This document shows, piece by piece, positions 47,140 through 56,255 of a stretch of 64,000 nt of DNA. Each line of letters starts with the position of its first letter. Position 1 is the first letter of the stretch. A program made the translations under genes and the position numbers. The notes under the pieces were generated by a model. The model was not told the DNA's origin. It was given only the letters and a program-made list of their open reading frames with translations, and did no database searches. The stretch lies in the IMG/VR virus record IMGVR_UViG_3300005201_000009. The stretch is one strand, 5' to 3'. This DNA comes from an uncultured virus (IMG/VR IMGVR_UViG_3300005201_000009) (taxonomy: Duplodnaviria > Heunggongvirae > Uroviricota > Caudoviricetes).

Positions 47140-48969
47140 TCATCCGCGTATTTTCCCCTCGGCCTTCGCCAAACCCTCGCGGCGCGCCCGAGTGCCCCGC
47201 GTTTTCTCGTGCTTGTGCTGTTCCAAACGCGAATACCCGCTCGAACCGCCCTTTTTACCCGGCACCGACCCGAAACCGCCAACGTCCCCAGCGTGCTTCG
47301 CCTGCTCCTCGAGCAATTTAATCTGCGCGTCCAGTTCCTGCATTTCCTTGTCGTGCCGCTGTTTATCACGCTCGTCCATCTCTTTTTGGCGTTTTTTCAA
47401 GTCGTCATAAATATCCGAGCGCACGTTGAACTCGTCGTCGCCATAGGACTGCATGAACTCCATGCACACGTCTTTCGGAATTTCCGCAGCCACGAGGTCA
47501 AACACCATTTTCCCCAGCTTCGAGCCGATATCGGCGCGCTTGTCTGCTCCGGCTACAATCGGGTTATCAAACTCAATGGTGGTGTAAGGAAGCGCTGCAA
47601 TAACGTCCCGGTCCTTCCCCAGCGCGTTAATAACTTCCAGCATGGCAATATTCTTCAGCTGTGCCGCGACATCGCGGTGAATGTACTTTATGCTCTCCCA
47701 TTGCTTCTCCTGAGCGCCCTCGGTGGGGTCGCCGGACGAAAAAGCGCCCCGCTCACTGGACCACAGGAGTTCTTCGGGGATGTTCGCCTTGCCGCCGACA
47801 TCCTGCCGGATGAGCCGCACGAGGTTGGGGACTTCTTTAAAATCACGCTGGAGCGCTTTAATATCGCCAATAACGTCCATGCTGACCGGGTTATTCACCG
47901 ACGTTTCGCGTATCTTCAACGTGTTCTGCCAGTCAACGTTATTGAGAACGTCCATGCCTTCCGCGACCATATAGCTGTCGAGATTGAGCGTCCGCACTAA
48001 AATCGACATCTGCGCGATCATCGTCGGTATCGCCGACATGACGTTTTGATAGTTGTACACCGCTTCTATCCAGCCGGGTATGTCCGATATGCCCCATCCC
48101 ATGGTCATCAGCGTCGCCCAATACCCCGGCTGCGGCGCGGTCACAATGCGCGCGCACCGCTGCCCGGACACATGCGTGCCTAAAAACGGGATGTAGTATT
48201 GTTTCGGCGTAAGAAAATCTTCGGCGGTCGGGTTCCAATTAGGAATGTGCACCGTGTTCCACCGATCCAAAACCACCCAGCGATCGATGCAGCCCTTGCC
48301 GACAATACCCCATTTTGCCAGCGTCTCAACCGGCAGATTAAGCGACAGCGGACTGTCCTTCTTAAACATAGGGAACATCAGGCTGCCGCCGTATAAAAGG
48401 CTTTGTACCAGCCCTTCGGCGTTCCTGCCGGCCAACCCGTTCTGCAACATATCGTCACGTATAATATCAAGCTGTTTCGGCTCCAGCCGGGGATTGCGTA
48501 TGCGCATCCCGTTCAGCAGAGGAGATTTGCCTTTTTTATTGATAATGGTTTCAGAAAGCCCTTTTTGGCTGTAAATGGCCGCCGCTTCCCACGGGCTGAT
48601 GTACAGGTTGGGCGTTACCACGTTCATTGTTGACGGATCTTGCCCCGTCACACCGCTCATGGTCGGCAGGTTAGCCATTGCGTCGCGCACGGTTGCGGTA
48701 ACCGGTTGCGATGTTTTCCAGTTATTAATTACGAGCGGGACGAGCTCGGCGCTTCGTTCTTGCGCGTCTTTAAGGCTGCACAGCTTTATCCCGTGCCGCT
48801 GCCGCGCCGCTTTTTCCTCTGCTTCGATCAAGATATTGATTTCTTCGTGTTTGGTGTACGGCAGCGCCTTAAAATGCACGCTGTCCCTAACAGATATCTC
48901 CGTGCCTTGATAGCGCGTGGACGTGTTCGCCCGATTGATAATCCGCCAAATATTCTGCCAGAGAGACAT
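47140..48969 (-). CDS. Portal protein (DUF1073-like)
   Basis: 'LYGGS', 'VVLDRW', 'WG.SD', 'ANIPEELL'; position between terminase and protease. Confidence 0.8.
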   Translation of the reverse strand: MSLWQNIWRIINRANTSTRYQGTEISVRDSVHFKALPYTKHEEINILIEAEEKAARQRHGIKLCSLKDAQERSAELVPLVINNWKTSQPVTATVRDAMANLPTMSGVTGQDPSTMNVVTPNLYISPWEAAAIYSQKGLSETIINKKGKSPLLNGMRIRNPRLEPKQLDIIRDDMLQNGLAGRNAEGLVQSLLYGGSLMFPMFKKDSPLSLNLPVETLAKWGIVGKGCIDRWVVLDRWNTVHIPNWNPTAEDFLTPKQYYIPFLGTHVSGQRCARIVTAPQPGYWATLMTMGWGISDIPGWIEAVYNYQNVMSAIPTMIAQMSILVRTLNLDSYMVAEGMDVLNNVDWQNTLKIRETSVNNPVSMDVIGDIKALQRDFKEVPNLVRLIRQDVGGKANIPEELLWSSERGAFSSGDPTEGAQEKQWESIKYIHRDVAAQLKNIAMLEVINALGKDRDVIAALPYTTIEFDNPIVAGADKRADIGSKLGKMVFDLVAAEIPKDVCMEFMQSYGDDEFNVRSDIYDDLKKRQKEMDERDKQRHDKEMQELDAQIKLLEEQAKHAGDVGGFGSVPGKKGGSSGYSRLEQHKHEKTRGTRARREGLAKAEGKIRG

Positions 48970-49682
48970 TACCGTTCCTCCCGCAGCCGCGTTGCCAATA
49001 CCACAATGTAACGCTCATTTTTTGCAATGCACTGTTTAACCACACCGATGCGCCACTCGTCCTTGGCTTCTGTGAATATCCCTAAATACTTCTCATAGAC
49101 CGATTTTTTCCGTTCGCACGTCATTTTTACTTCACGCCCAACACGATTCAACCACGCGTCAATACAAGCTATTATTTTCCCGTTAATGTCATCCCACGCA
49201 GGCAGCGTACCTTCCTTGCAGTTGGTATCGTCAGAAGCATATGAAAGCGATATATATTCGTCTTTCATTGCACAAATAATACGGCTACGATAAGCATCGT
49301 AATTCTCCGGCATAAGCTCAGTCGTAAAGTGATTATTAGATACACTCTCGAAAAGCGGAAACTGTATCACCGACGAAAGCGCTACACGCGCCATCGTACA
49401 TATCCTGTACTCACGAAAAATGCCGTTCATGCTTTTTCTAATGCTACCGGTAATATTACGCATATTTTTCCGGCATAAATCATCCAAATCGCGTATTTTC
49501 TCATTCATATCGTGCATAGTGCCTTGATTATGCTGCTCTAACTTGATAGGCCCGATAGACACAATGCCCAGCCTCTTCACCAGCAGGGTGACAATTAGCG
49601 ACACCGTCACCAGAATAATCACCGCCGCGCCCGACAGCGCTGCAATATTCGGCACTGTCGTCAAATCTATCTCTACCTGCAC
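48969..49682 (-). CDS. Hypothetical membrane-anchored protein
   Basis: N-terminal TM; 237 aa. Confidence 0.6.
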   Translation of the reverse strand: MQVEIDLTTVPNIAALSGAAVIILVTVSLIVTLLVKRLGIVSIGPIKLEQHNQGTMHDMNEKIRDLDDLCRKNMRNITGSIRKSMNGIFREYRICTMARVALSSVIQFPLFESVSNNHFTTELMPENYDAYRSRIICAMKDEYISLSYASDDTNCKEGTLPAWDDINGKIIACIDAWLNRVGREVKMTCERKKSVYEKYLGIFTEAKDEWRIGVVKQCIAKNERYIVVLATRLREER

Positions 49683-49967
49683 CTACGGTTCCTCCTGAAA
49701 CGTTCGCCGCCTACGCCCCACCATCGGCACGTCTTTACGAACGCGCGATATCTGCACCCGCTCAACGTCGGGCCGGTCTATGCCTGCAATATAGATAGCC
49801 TGCGCGTCATTGGGCGCAGCATACTCCTTCGATATACCATCCTCAAAATCAATGCGGTATATATTGCGCATAAGTACTACGCGCTCCATATGCCCAGAAT
49901 CGCCCGGCTCGTCGTCAGGGCCGGAGATAATAATATCGTCGCCAGTATTGGTGTCGTTATCAGCCAT
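49683..49967 (-). CDS. Hypothetical protein (apparently leaderless)
   Basis: ATG 5 nt after the -10 hexamer of promoter copy 4. Confidence 0.55.
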   Translation of the reverse strand: MADNDTNTGDDIIISGPDDEPGDSGHMERVVLMRNIYRIDFEDGISKEYAAPNDAQAIYIAGIDRPDVERVQISRVRKDVPMVGRRRRTFQEEP

Positions 49968-49971
49968 GCCG

Positions 49972-50007
49972 CACCGTACCACGGATTTTCAGAATGTCAA
50001 GTGTTTT
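49972..50007 (-). promoter_or_regulatory. Conserved late-module promoter, copy 4
   Basis: AAAACACTTGACATTCTGAAAATCCGTGGTACGGTG. Confidence 0.7.
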
Positions 50008-50040
50008 GGGAACGAATTATTTATTTTTAGACAGAAGAAG

Positions 50041-52635
50041 TCAGGGTGCCCTCTTAATGAAGGCGCCGGGGTCGATTTCAACATAGCCGCCGTCAAGGCG
50101 TTTAACCGATGGCGTTTTAGCCGCGTCGTCACGCAAAGACGCCCTTTTATCCGCGATGAGCTTACGTATATCGGCAAAGTCGGGGTGCGTGGCCACAATA
50201 TGTACTGCGGCGTAGCGCGCACCGTCCAAGGTGTGAATAGGACTGCTTTTACCTACTCCTTTTGGGATTTTGTTGTCCTTGTCCCGCATAGCAAGATTAA
50301 GTGCCTCGGCAACGTCTTTGGCAATTTTACAAACTATGAACCGACTCAGATAGCATAACTTGCTGACCAAGAAACACGAATCCTCTACCAGCGGGCTTTT
50401 TTTCTTGTAAATAATCTTAATATTGTACCGACGCAACTCTTGCGCCATAGACGGGAATGTGTCCTTTATAGTCACATCCGGCAGCCATTTGATTTCCTGC
50501 TCGGGAAAGTCGTGCCGCACAACACTCGCCGCGTCGTCGAGACTGGGGAAGTCATAGTGTTTTATGCAGTATATCACACCGCCGCGCACGACGTACGCAG
50601 AGCCGCGATTATAGCCGGTATTCACATCCTGCGCCCAATAAACTACCTCATCAGGCCTTAATTTAATATCCAAATCATAACCGACGTAATTGCGCGCCCA
50701 ATCAAACCCCGGGATAACCCGCCCCTTGGCAATCGATAGAAACTCGCCGTGCATGAACACCTCGCGCTCCTCGGGGGTGTACATTTTGTACATGTCTTCG
50801 ATGAGACTTTTTGGTAAAAACGGGTTGTGCTCAGTCCACCCTCTAATAAGAACGAACGCGATACCCGTCTTCTTAAAATGACAGTATACCGCGTATAGCC
50901 CCTTCTGGCCTTGTGATGTGCTCGCAAAACAATTATGGACTAGAAACTTGTTTGTAAAAAACTCGTGCTCGTCTTCAACAGTTATATCATACACGGACTC
51001 TAATTTTCGCAGCGCGTGTAGGGGAACAAGTTTTTGCATGCCTTCTTTTACGTGTCCTAAAAGCTTTTCCACAAATGATGCACGCTCTATCCTCAAAAAA
51101 CTTTCTTCCAAACCCAGGTTTATCAATTGTTCTAATCTTATCACGGCATCTCTGAGAGCAGAAGTGAGACGGCAATTTTGATATATATTTTGTTTTACAA
51201 ACAAAGCACTCACATTCGTAGTGTCCCGCACCTCTTTCTCTGCTTTTTTCACGAGCGGCTTCTTTAGCCTGCCTGTTCCTACGAAGCCTTCTACAAGTTT
51301 CACACCTAACACGCTGCTCCGCGCCTGTCGTAAAAACAGCCCTACAATCGACACAAACCTTCCTAATCGAGACTTTGTTCCAAACACCTGTATAGGTTCC
51401 TTGACTTCGCTTTTTGTCGCGTTCTTTACACTGGTTTTTACGTCTGACTGTCTGGCATCTATCACACCTAATCTTGTTTTTTCCGTCTGTGATAACCATT
51501 TCTCCACAATCAACACAAGGTCTATAGTAAAAGCTCTGTTTATTTCCTCCGTGATATACGTTGTGTTGGTGCTCTGTAACGCAGTCCAAGTTTTCAATAG
51601 TGTTATTAGCTGTGTTAAAATCTTTATGGTGTATAACCATTCCTGCTGAAACCGCCCCGTGAACGCTTTCCCATACAGCCACATGCAGTGCCTTAGATCT
51701 TTCACCCTTAGACGCAATAGACCTGTAATATCCTTGAGGCTTTTTAGGGTTGTGTTGCCAATAGTATCTAACCCCATTAAAAGCAACAGAGCTTCGTTTG
51801 TCTTTTTCAAACAATTTTGTATCTTTTGCCACTGCTTTACTCTCCGTAATGAAATTGATAATAAATGCTCATTGTTCTTTATCGTTCCAACTTCTTGCCA
51901 ATCTTTTATGCTCTCATTCCACACTGTGTGATCTGGTGTTAAGGGAACGCCGTGAACACGAACTATCTCTCGATACCCTGTGTTGTACTTACCGATAATC
52001 CTTCGCCATCCGCGTCGAGTAAGCACAAAATCCCCAACACTAATGTCTACTATGCGGCATAAAAAAGGATCGGTCAACCCGTATATACGTTTTACATCTA
52101 CTTTTCTACATATAATCTTTGCATTCCCTCCCAGGCAAGTGCACGGCCCCCGCTCACCAGGTATCACCTGCCGGCAGCGCTCGTTTAGCGCTTTGGTCGC
52201 TTCCAGCATTTTATCCGTCGTAAGCTCGTCCGCTTCCTCGACGTAAATCTTATGCACATCCAGCCCGAATATCTCGCCGGGGTTCTCCAACGGCTGCAAC
52301 AGCACCGTCACCGTGCCGATAGTGAAGTAGTTGAATTTCTTATTCTCGATATACGGAGTCTTGCTGTCGTCCAAATACTGCCGGAAATATATTAAAAACG
52401 TCTTTTCCAAGTGGCTGAGCGTGATGCCGCAAACCATGAGACGCACGTAGTCACCGGCACGGTCTTTCTTTCCTTGAAGCCTTTTTACATCGTACAGCAC
52501 ATGTAAGACGTTGGCGCGCGTTTTACCTGCCCCATAACCGCAACAAAGGAAGAACCACTTTACTTTATGAAATAAAGACGGCGCTTGCATATAATAACTT
52601 TGGTGTGGTAAAACGATCGCTCTTTTCACGATCAA
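50041..52635 (-). CDS. terL: Terminase large subunit containing an intein
   Basis: 'LPHQ', Walker A 'GYGAGKT', Walker B 'IYVEEADE', 'NPFLP', nuclease 'QDVN...HTLDGARY'. Confidence 0.92.
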   Translation of the reverse strand: MIVKRAIVLPHQSYYMQAPSLFHKVKWFFLCCGYGAGKTRANVLHVLYDVKRLQGKKDRAGDYVRLMVCGITLSHLEKTFLIYFRQYLDDSKTPYIENKKFNYFTIGTVTVLLQPLENPGEIFGLDVHKIYVEEADELTTDKMLEATKALNERCRQVIPGERGPCTCLGGNAKIICRKVDVKRIYGLTDPFLCRIVDISVGDFVLTRRGWRRIIGKYNTGYREIVRVHGVPLTPDHTVWNESIKDWQEVGTIKNNEHLLSISLRRVKQWQKIQNCLKKTNEALLLLMGLDTIGNTTLKSLKDITGLLRLRVKDLRHCMWLYGKAFTGRFQQEWLYTIKILTQLITLLKTWTALQSTNTTYITEEINRAFTIDLVLIVEKWLSQTEKTRLGVIDARQSDVKTSVKNATKSEVKEPIQVFGTKSRLGRFVSIVGLFLRQARSSVLGVKLVEGFVGTGRLKKPLVKKAEKEVRDTTNVSALFVKQNIYQNCRLTSALRDAVIRLEQLINLGLEESFLRIERASFVEKLLGHVKEGMQKLVPLHALRKLESVYDITVEDEHEFFTNKFLVHNCFASTSQGQKGLYAVYCHFKKTGIAFVLIRGWTEHNPFLPKSLIEDMYKMYTPEEREVFMHGEFLSIAKGRVIPGFDWARNYVGYDLDIKLRPDEVVYWAQDVNTGYNRGSAYVVRGGVIYCIKHYDFPSLDDAASVVRHDFPEQEIKWLPDVTIKDTFPSMAQELRRYNIKIIYKKKSPLVEDSCFLVSKLCYLSRFIVCKIAKDVAEALNLAMRDKDNKIPKGVGKSSPIHTLDGARYAAVHIVATHPDFADIRKLIADKRASLRDDAAKTPSVKRLDGGYVEIDPGAFIKRAP
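50932..52137 (-). mobile_element. Intein (402 aa) in TerL
   Basis: Block A C-LGGNAKI, block B 'LTPDH', block F 'VYDITVEDEHEFF', block G 'LVHN/C'. Confidence 0.9.
50987..51832 (-). CDS. HNH homing endonuclease with multiple CxxC Zn fingers, out of frame inside the intein
   Basis: 'LHVAVWESVHG...IHHKDFNTANNTIENL...H...H'; GGAG RBS before GTG. Confidence 0.85.
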   Translation of the reverse strand: MAKDTKLFEKDKRSSVAFNGVRYYWQHNPKKPQGYYRSIASKGERSKALHVAVWESVHGAVSAGMVIHHKDFNTANNTIENLDCVTEHQHNVYHGGNKQSFYYRPCVDCGEMVITDGKNKIRCDRCQTVRRKNQCKERDKKRSQGTYTGVWNKVSIRKVCVDCRAVFTTGAEQRVRCETCRRLRRNRQAKEAAREKSRERGAGHYECECFVCKTKYISKLPSHFCSQRCRDKIRTIDKPGFGRKFFEDRACIICGKAFRTRKRRHAKTCSPTRAAKIRVRV

Positions 52636-52660
52636 CCTCCTTTGCGCTTAGGCACTGGAA

Positions 52661-53350
52661 TCACCTCTCCACTATCTCGCCATTCTCAAGCACGTCAAAA
52701 GCCGGCTCATCGTCATTGTCTCTATCGCGGCCCTTAGTGCGCAACTTCCCGCTCAAACCTTCCGGCAAGTCTTCTTTAGTCCCGATAAGAGCGTCGAAAC
52801 CCTCGTCGCTCGTGTCGCCACCGCTTATCTCTATCAAAGGCAATTTCTCAAACTCCTCCCGCGTCACCGGCACAAACGTCAAGTACACAGAGTCCTTCTC
52901 GACATCCCCTACCACCTCAGCCATTTCCTTGCGCAAATCGCGCCGCGCCTGTGCAGCCTTGAAGCGCATGGTGAGCATGTCTTTATCAATCGGACTTTTG
53001 CCATCGCGCTCGCTGGGGTGTCTGTAATCGCTGCCTGAGATGCCTTTGCCTGCCGCAATGCCTGCCAGAGTCTCCAACTCTTCCATCTCCGCAAGGCATT
53101 GCTCGGCATAAATGCTTTTCGTCTCTCTCTGGTACTCATCGTCAGCAAGCACCATAGCGCGCAAGCGCTTATCCGCTACTTTGTTGTAGTCGAGCGCAAG
53201 AGAGTCGTTATTTATTTTGCGGTAGGATTCGATGCAGCGGCGCACCAATGCCCGGAACGGATCGTCAGGCTCTTCCGGCGGGGCAGAAAAATCGACAAAT
53301 TCTTCTTCGGGGGGCTTTAGTATCTCGAGTTTCTTTTCTCTCCTTGCCAC
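52661..53350 (-). CDS. Putative terminase small subunit
   Basis: Immediately upstream of terL; helical, acidic tail. Confidence 0.5.
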   Translation of the reverse strand: MARREKKLEILKPPEEEFVDFSAPPEEPDDPFRALVRRCIESYRKINNDSLALDYNKVADKRLRAMVLADDEYQRETKSIYAEQCLAEMEELETLAGIAAGKGISGSDYRHPSERDGKSPIDKDMLTMRFKAAQARRDLRKEMAEVVGDVEKDSVYLTFVPVTREEFEKLPLIEISGGDTSDEGFDALIGTKEDLPEGLSGKLRTKGRDRDNDDEPAFDVLENGEIVER

Positions 53351-53358
53351 AGTGCGGA

Positions 53359-53394
53359 CACCGTAGCACGGATTTTCAAAAAGTCAAGAGTTTT
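53359..53394 (-). promoter_or_regulatory. Conserved late-module promoter, copy 5
   Basis: AAAACTCTTGACTTTTTGAAAATCCGTGCTACGGTG. Confidence 0.7.
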
Positions 53395-53472
53395 GAGATC
53401 AAATTATTATTCCGCACAACACGCGCTATTTAGCACAGAATGTTAACAACGCGCCGCAAAAAATACACAAAA

Positions 53473-53539
53473 GGCCGCCGGAACTCCGCAGATACTACCA
53501 AGAACAGAGGCTGCCATAAAGGCAGCTTTTCCGGCGGCC
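53473..53539 (-). ncRNA. Structured three-way-junction RNA 2 (C4/CI-like candidate; also terminator-like)
   Basis: 11-bp outer stem GGCCGCCGGAA/TTCCGGCGGCC, two inner hairpins, TTTTGT tail. Confidence 0.5.
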
Positions 53540-53546
53540 AGCACAA

Positions 53547-55064
53547 TCACGAAGCCTTCTCCTCCGGCTTAACGTACGGCCCGAAGTCCCAGCGCTCGCA
53601 CCCAATAAATAGGTCCTCGTCGTTTTTGAGTGCTGTAATCGTACGCATTATACCGTAAATCCTTATCTGCTCATAGACTCGGTGTATCGCGGGACTGCTA
53701 AACGGCCAGTGCGCCGGCTCCGGCGGAAACGGATCTTCGTATTCGGGATCGTCGAACAGGCTACCGTTATACGGATTTCCATCGTACGGCAAAGTGGGCA
53801 GCAAGCGCCACTCGTCGCGCCCCCTGGTCGGGCACGTGGTGGTAGGCGCGTTTGCCGGACCGAAAGGCGGCCTGCCTTCATACATCTCCAAAATTTCCTC
53901 TTGTATCCTGTCGAGATCTTTTTCACTCAAACTGCCGTCCTCGTTTTCACGCGCCTTATACAGCACGTCAAGGTTCTCCGACCATTGCATGTACTCCTCC
54001 CGCACAAATTTAAGCGCGTCAAGCGAGTCTTTTACCGGGCGTCCAAGCTCTGCGGCAAACTCCTTTACGTAGTCGATAAACTCCCATATCTCCTTCTTCT
54101 CCTCGTACTTCGCGCGATCCGCCAAAGCCTTCTCGCGCTTCGCCTGCTGCGCCCGCTCCTTCGCCTCGGCGCGCACCTTTGCTTTCTCCGCGTTTCTCCG
54201 CAGCAACACTGCCGCCGTGTCCGTCTCGTCGTCGTCCGACGGCACTTGCGGCTTAGCGGGGCTCCTGTCCTCAATCATGCCGGTCTTAGGGCCTTCCAAG
54301 AATTTCTGGTTGGCGTTCGCCATTATCATCGACGATTTCCACTTGCGGTAGTCGTCGAACCTTATTTTTTCGCGGCGTCCGAATCTGCCTAACAGCGGCA
54401 TAAACTCCTTTTCCAGCGAATCCGTTATGTACGGCGACAGCACGTTATATTTATCCAAACTCGCCGGCGCGATGCGCAGGAACTCGCCGTTGGCGTCGTA
54501 AATGACCAGAAACCGTTTGCGCCCGTTTACGCGATCCCACAGCGCGTACACCCTCCCACCGTCCTCCTTTTCAGTGTAAATCCTCTCCGTAATTTTCGGT
54601 ATGCCAATAATACCCGACTCAGGGAACGCCTCGTGCATGCCGCTGATGCCCAGGTTTTCGATATTCTGCACGTCTTCCTTGCTCATTATCACATAGCCTT
54701 CCTGCTGCAAGCGCTCGGCGAACATCTGGCGGTAACGGGCGTCGATGAGCTCAGGGGTGTTCCACGCCTTTTCGATTTTTAGCAGGTACTGTGTTATTTG
54801 CCTGCCTTTCTCATTCCGTTCACTTGCAGCCAGTAACTTAGCCCTGTCCACTGCGAGCAAGTAGTCTTTTTCTGGCCTTCCTACCTCACCGGTACTTTCC
54901 GTAGACGCTTCAAAGAAATCGTCTCCCTCAACAAATTCGTACTCCTCTACGCGAATACTAAACCACTTCCTAAACTCCGTCTTAACCCCAAGCGCTTCAT
55001 GCAGTCCACGGGCGCTCACTAGCTGTTTATTGTCCTGTGCAACAACCTTAATCAATGCATCCAT
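53547..55064 (-). CDS. Antirepressor (AntA/AntB N-terminal domain) with a long C-terminal extension
   Basis: 'LVSARGLHEALGVKTEFRKWF..R..EY.FVEG.DF...GRP.KDY.L..D.AK...EKAWNTPE'. Confidence 0.85.
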   Translation of the reverse strand: MDALIKVVAQDNKQLVSARGLHEALGVKTEFRKWFSIRVEEYEFVEGDDFFEASTESTGEVGRPEKDYLLAVDRAKLLAASERNEKGRQITQYLLKIEKAWNTPELIDARYRQMFAERLQQEGYVIMSKEDVQNIENLGISGMHEAFPESGIIGIPKITERIYTEKEDGGRVYALWDRVNGRKRFLVIYDANGEFLRIAPASLDKYNVLSPYITDSLEKEFMPLLGRFGRREKIRFDDYRKWKSSMIMANANQKFLEGPKTGMIEDRSPAKPQVPSDDDETDTAAVLLRRNAEKAKVRAEAKERAQQAKREKALADRAKYEEKKEIWEFIDYVKEFAAELGRPVKDSLDALKFVREEYMQWSENLDVLYKARENEDGSLSEKDLDRIQEEILEMYEGRPPFGPANAPTTTCPTRGRDEWRLLPTLPYDGNPYNGSLFDDPEYEDPFPPEPAHWPFSSPAIHRVYEQIRIYGIMRTITALKNDEDLFIGCERWDFGPYVKPEEKAS

Positions 55065-55135
55065 AATTCTTCTCCCTAATTGTTTGTAATTTTGCGGCAC
55101 AACGTACCGCAGTGAAATCGTGCGGGCATAGAAAA

Positions 55136-55206
55136 GCCCTGGTGAACCTGTAAGCCTAGCAGTTTAACAGGAGGCTACCTTGAAAAGGTGGGCCGATCAC
55201 CAGGGC
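55136..55206 (-). ncRNA. Structured three-way-junction RNA 1, candidate antisense regulator of ORF 55464-56255
   Basis: 10-bp outer stem GCCCTGGTGA/TCACCAGGGC, two inner hairpins; two boxes complementary to the mRNA leader at 56283-56298 and 56260-56268. Confidence 0.6.
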
Positions 55207-55463
55207 AACTTACCCCAATTATATTGTTCCCGGCAAACTGCCGGGGCCGGTTGTTCTATTGCGGCGCATGACGCACTGCAATACCGAGGAGCAGGGTTAT
55301 ATTTATTACTATTATAGTAATATATCCCAAATCGCCCAAATCGCGCGCGGTTAACGGTTTGAGCGAGCGCTCCCACAATTCCGGGTAACTTTTTGAGCAG
55401 GAGAATCGCCGGGGGCTTATGGCGTCCCTAAACCCCTAGCGACTCTCCTTTCTTAAAAACTTC

Positions 55464-56255
55464 CTAGCCTACATACTCCCTCAACAACTCTACAAACTCC
55501 TTACAAGTCAACGATTCGGCATGGGGGAATTCGCGGAATAGGTTAGCCGCGAACCATGCGATTTTCTTTGTCGCCGGGTCTTCACGCCCGGCGCGGCTGG
55601 TTATGTAACCCACCGATACATTGGCGGCGCATAGTTCTTTGATCCTCCTTTGTACCGTGGGGGATAACCGCGCGGTATAATCCGCGAAAAACAAGCGCAA
55701 GTTTTGCCTTACCTGGTCGCGGGCGTTCTGTAGCTCTTTATCCATCATCAACTGCGCCGGGTCTTCTTCTGTCTCCCGTGACTCCCATGCTGTATACAAT
55801 GTCCCTAGCACCTTCCCCATTGACCGTGTCGATCGGGTTGCCTTGTCTACCATTTGCGGATAGTGCAGCGTCAACATATCATTGTTGACATTGCCGATCA
55901 TATAATCCGGCGTTGATTCATTGCCTGCGTTGATCCGGTTGATCCGCGCTACCTCACGCGCTGTATTATCCGCGCTTATCGATCGGGTGATGCGACAACC
56001 GCGATCGCCCACTTGCTCAGCCTCTAGCGCGTCCAGTGCCTGGGCGTAACTGTAGGCCGTGCCCCTGCGCTTTGCGGCCTTGAGCGCGCCGATAGTATAC
56101 ATAATTGCGGCGTCCTGGGGATCGATACCCCTTGATTCCGCGATCGCCTCAATCTTCCCCCGCCGGGAAGAATCCAAAAACAACAATGCACACGCTGTCA
56201 CACGTGCCATGATCCGGGGCGGCAATTGCCGCATTTGGTTGGTACTGCTACTCAT
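55464..56255 (-). CDS. Hypothetical regulator, possibly a divergent sigma-factor-like protein
   Basis: GGAGG RBS; 'DPQDAA' and 'EDPAQLMMDKEL...RLSP..QRRI' resemble sigma region 2 and region 3/4 boundaries. Confidence 0.4.
   Translation of the reverse strand: MSSSTNQMRQLPPRIMARVTACALLFLDSSRRGKIEAIAESRGIDPQDAAIMYTIGALKAAKRRGTAYSYAQALDALEAEQVGDRGCRITRSISADNTAREVARINRINAGNESTPDYMIGNVNNDMLTLHYPQMVDKATRSTRSMGKVLGTLYTAWESRETEEDPAQLMMDKELQNARDQVRQNLRLFFADYTARLSPTVQRRIKELCAANVSVGYITSRAGREDPATKKIAWFAANLFREFPHAESLTCKEFVELLREYVG

Noticed and set aside
47140..48969. Anti-CBASS (Acb1) label sometimes attached to DUF1073 proteins
   Set aside because: Size and position between terminase and DUF2213 protease indicate a portal; no HxT/HxS phosphoesterase pair is evident.
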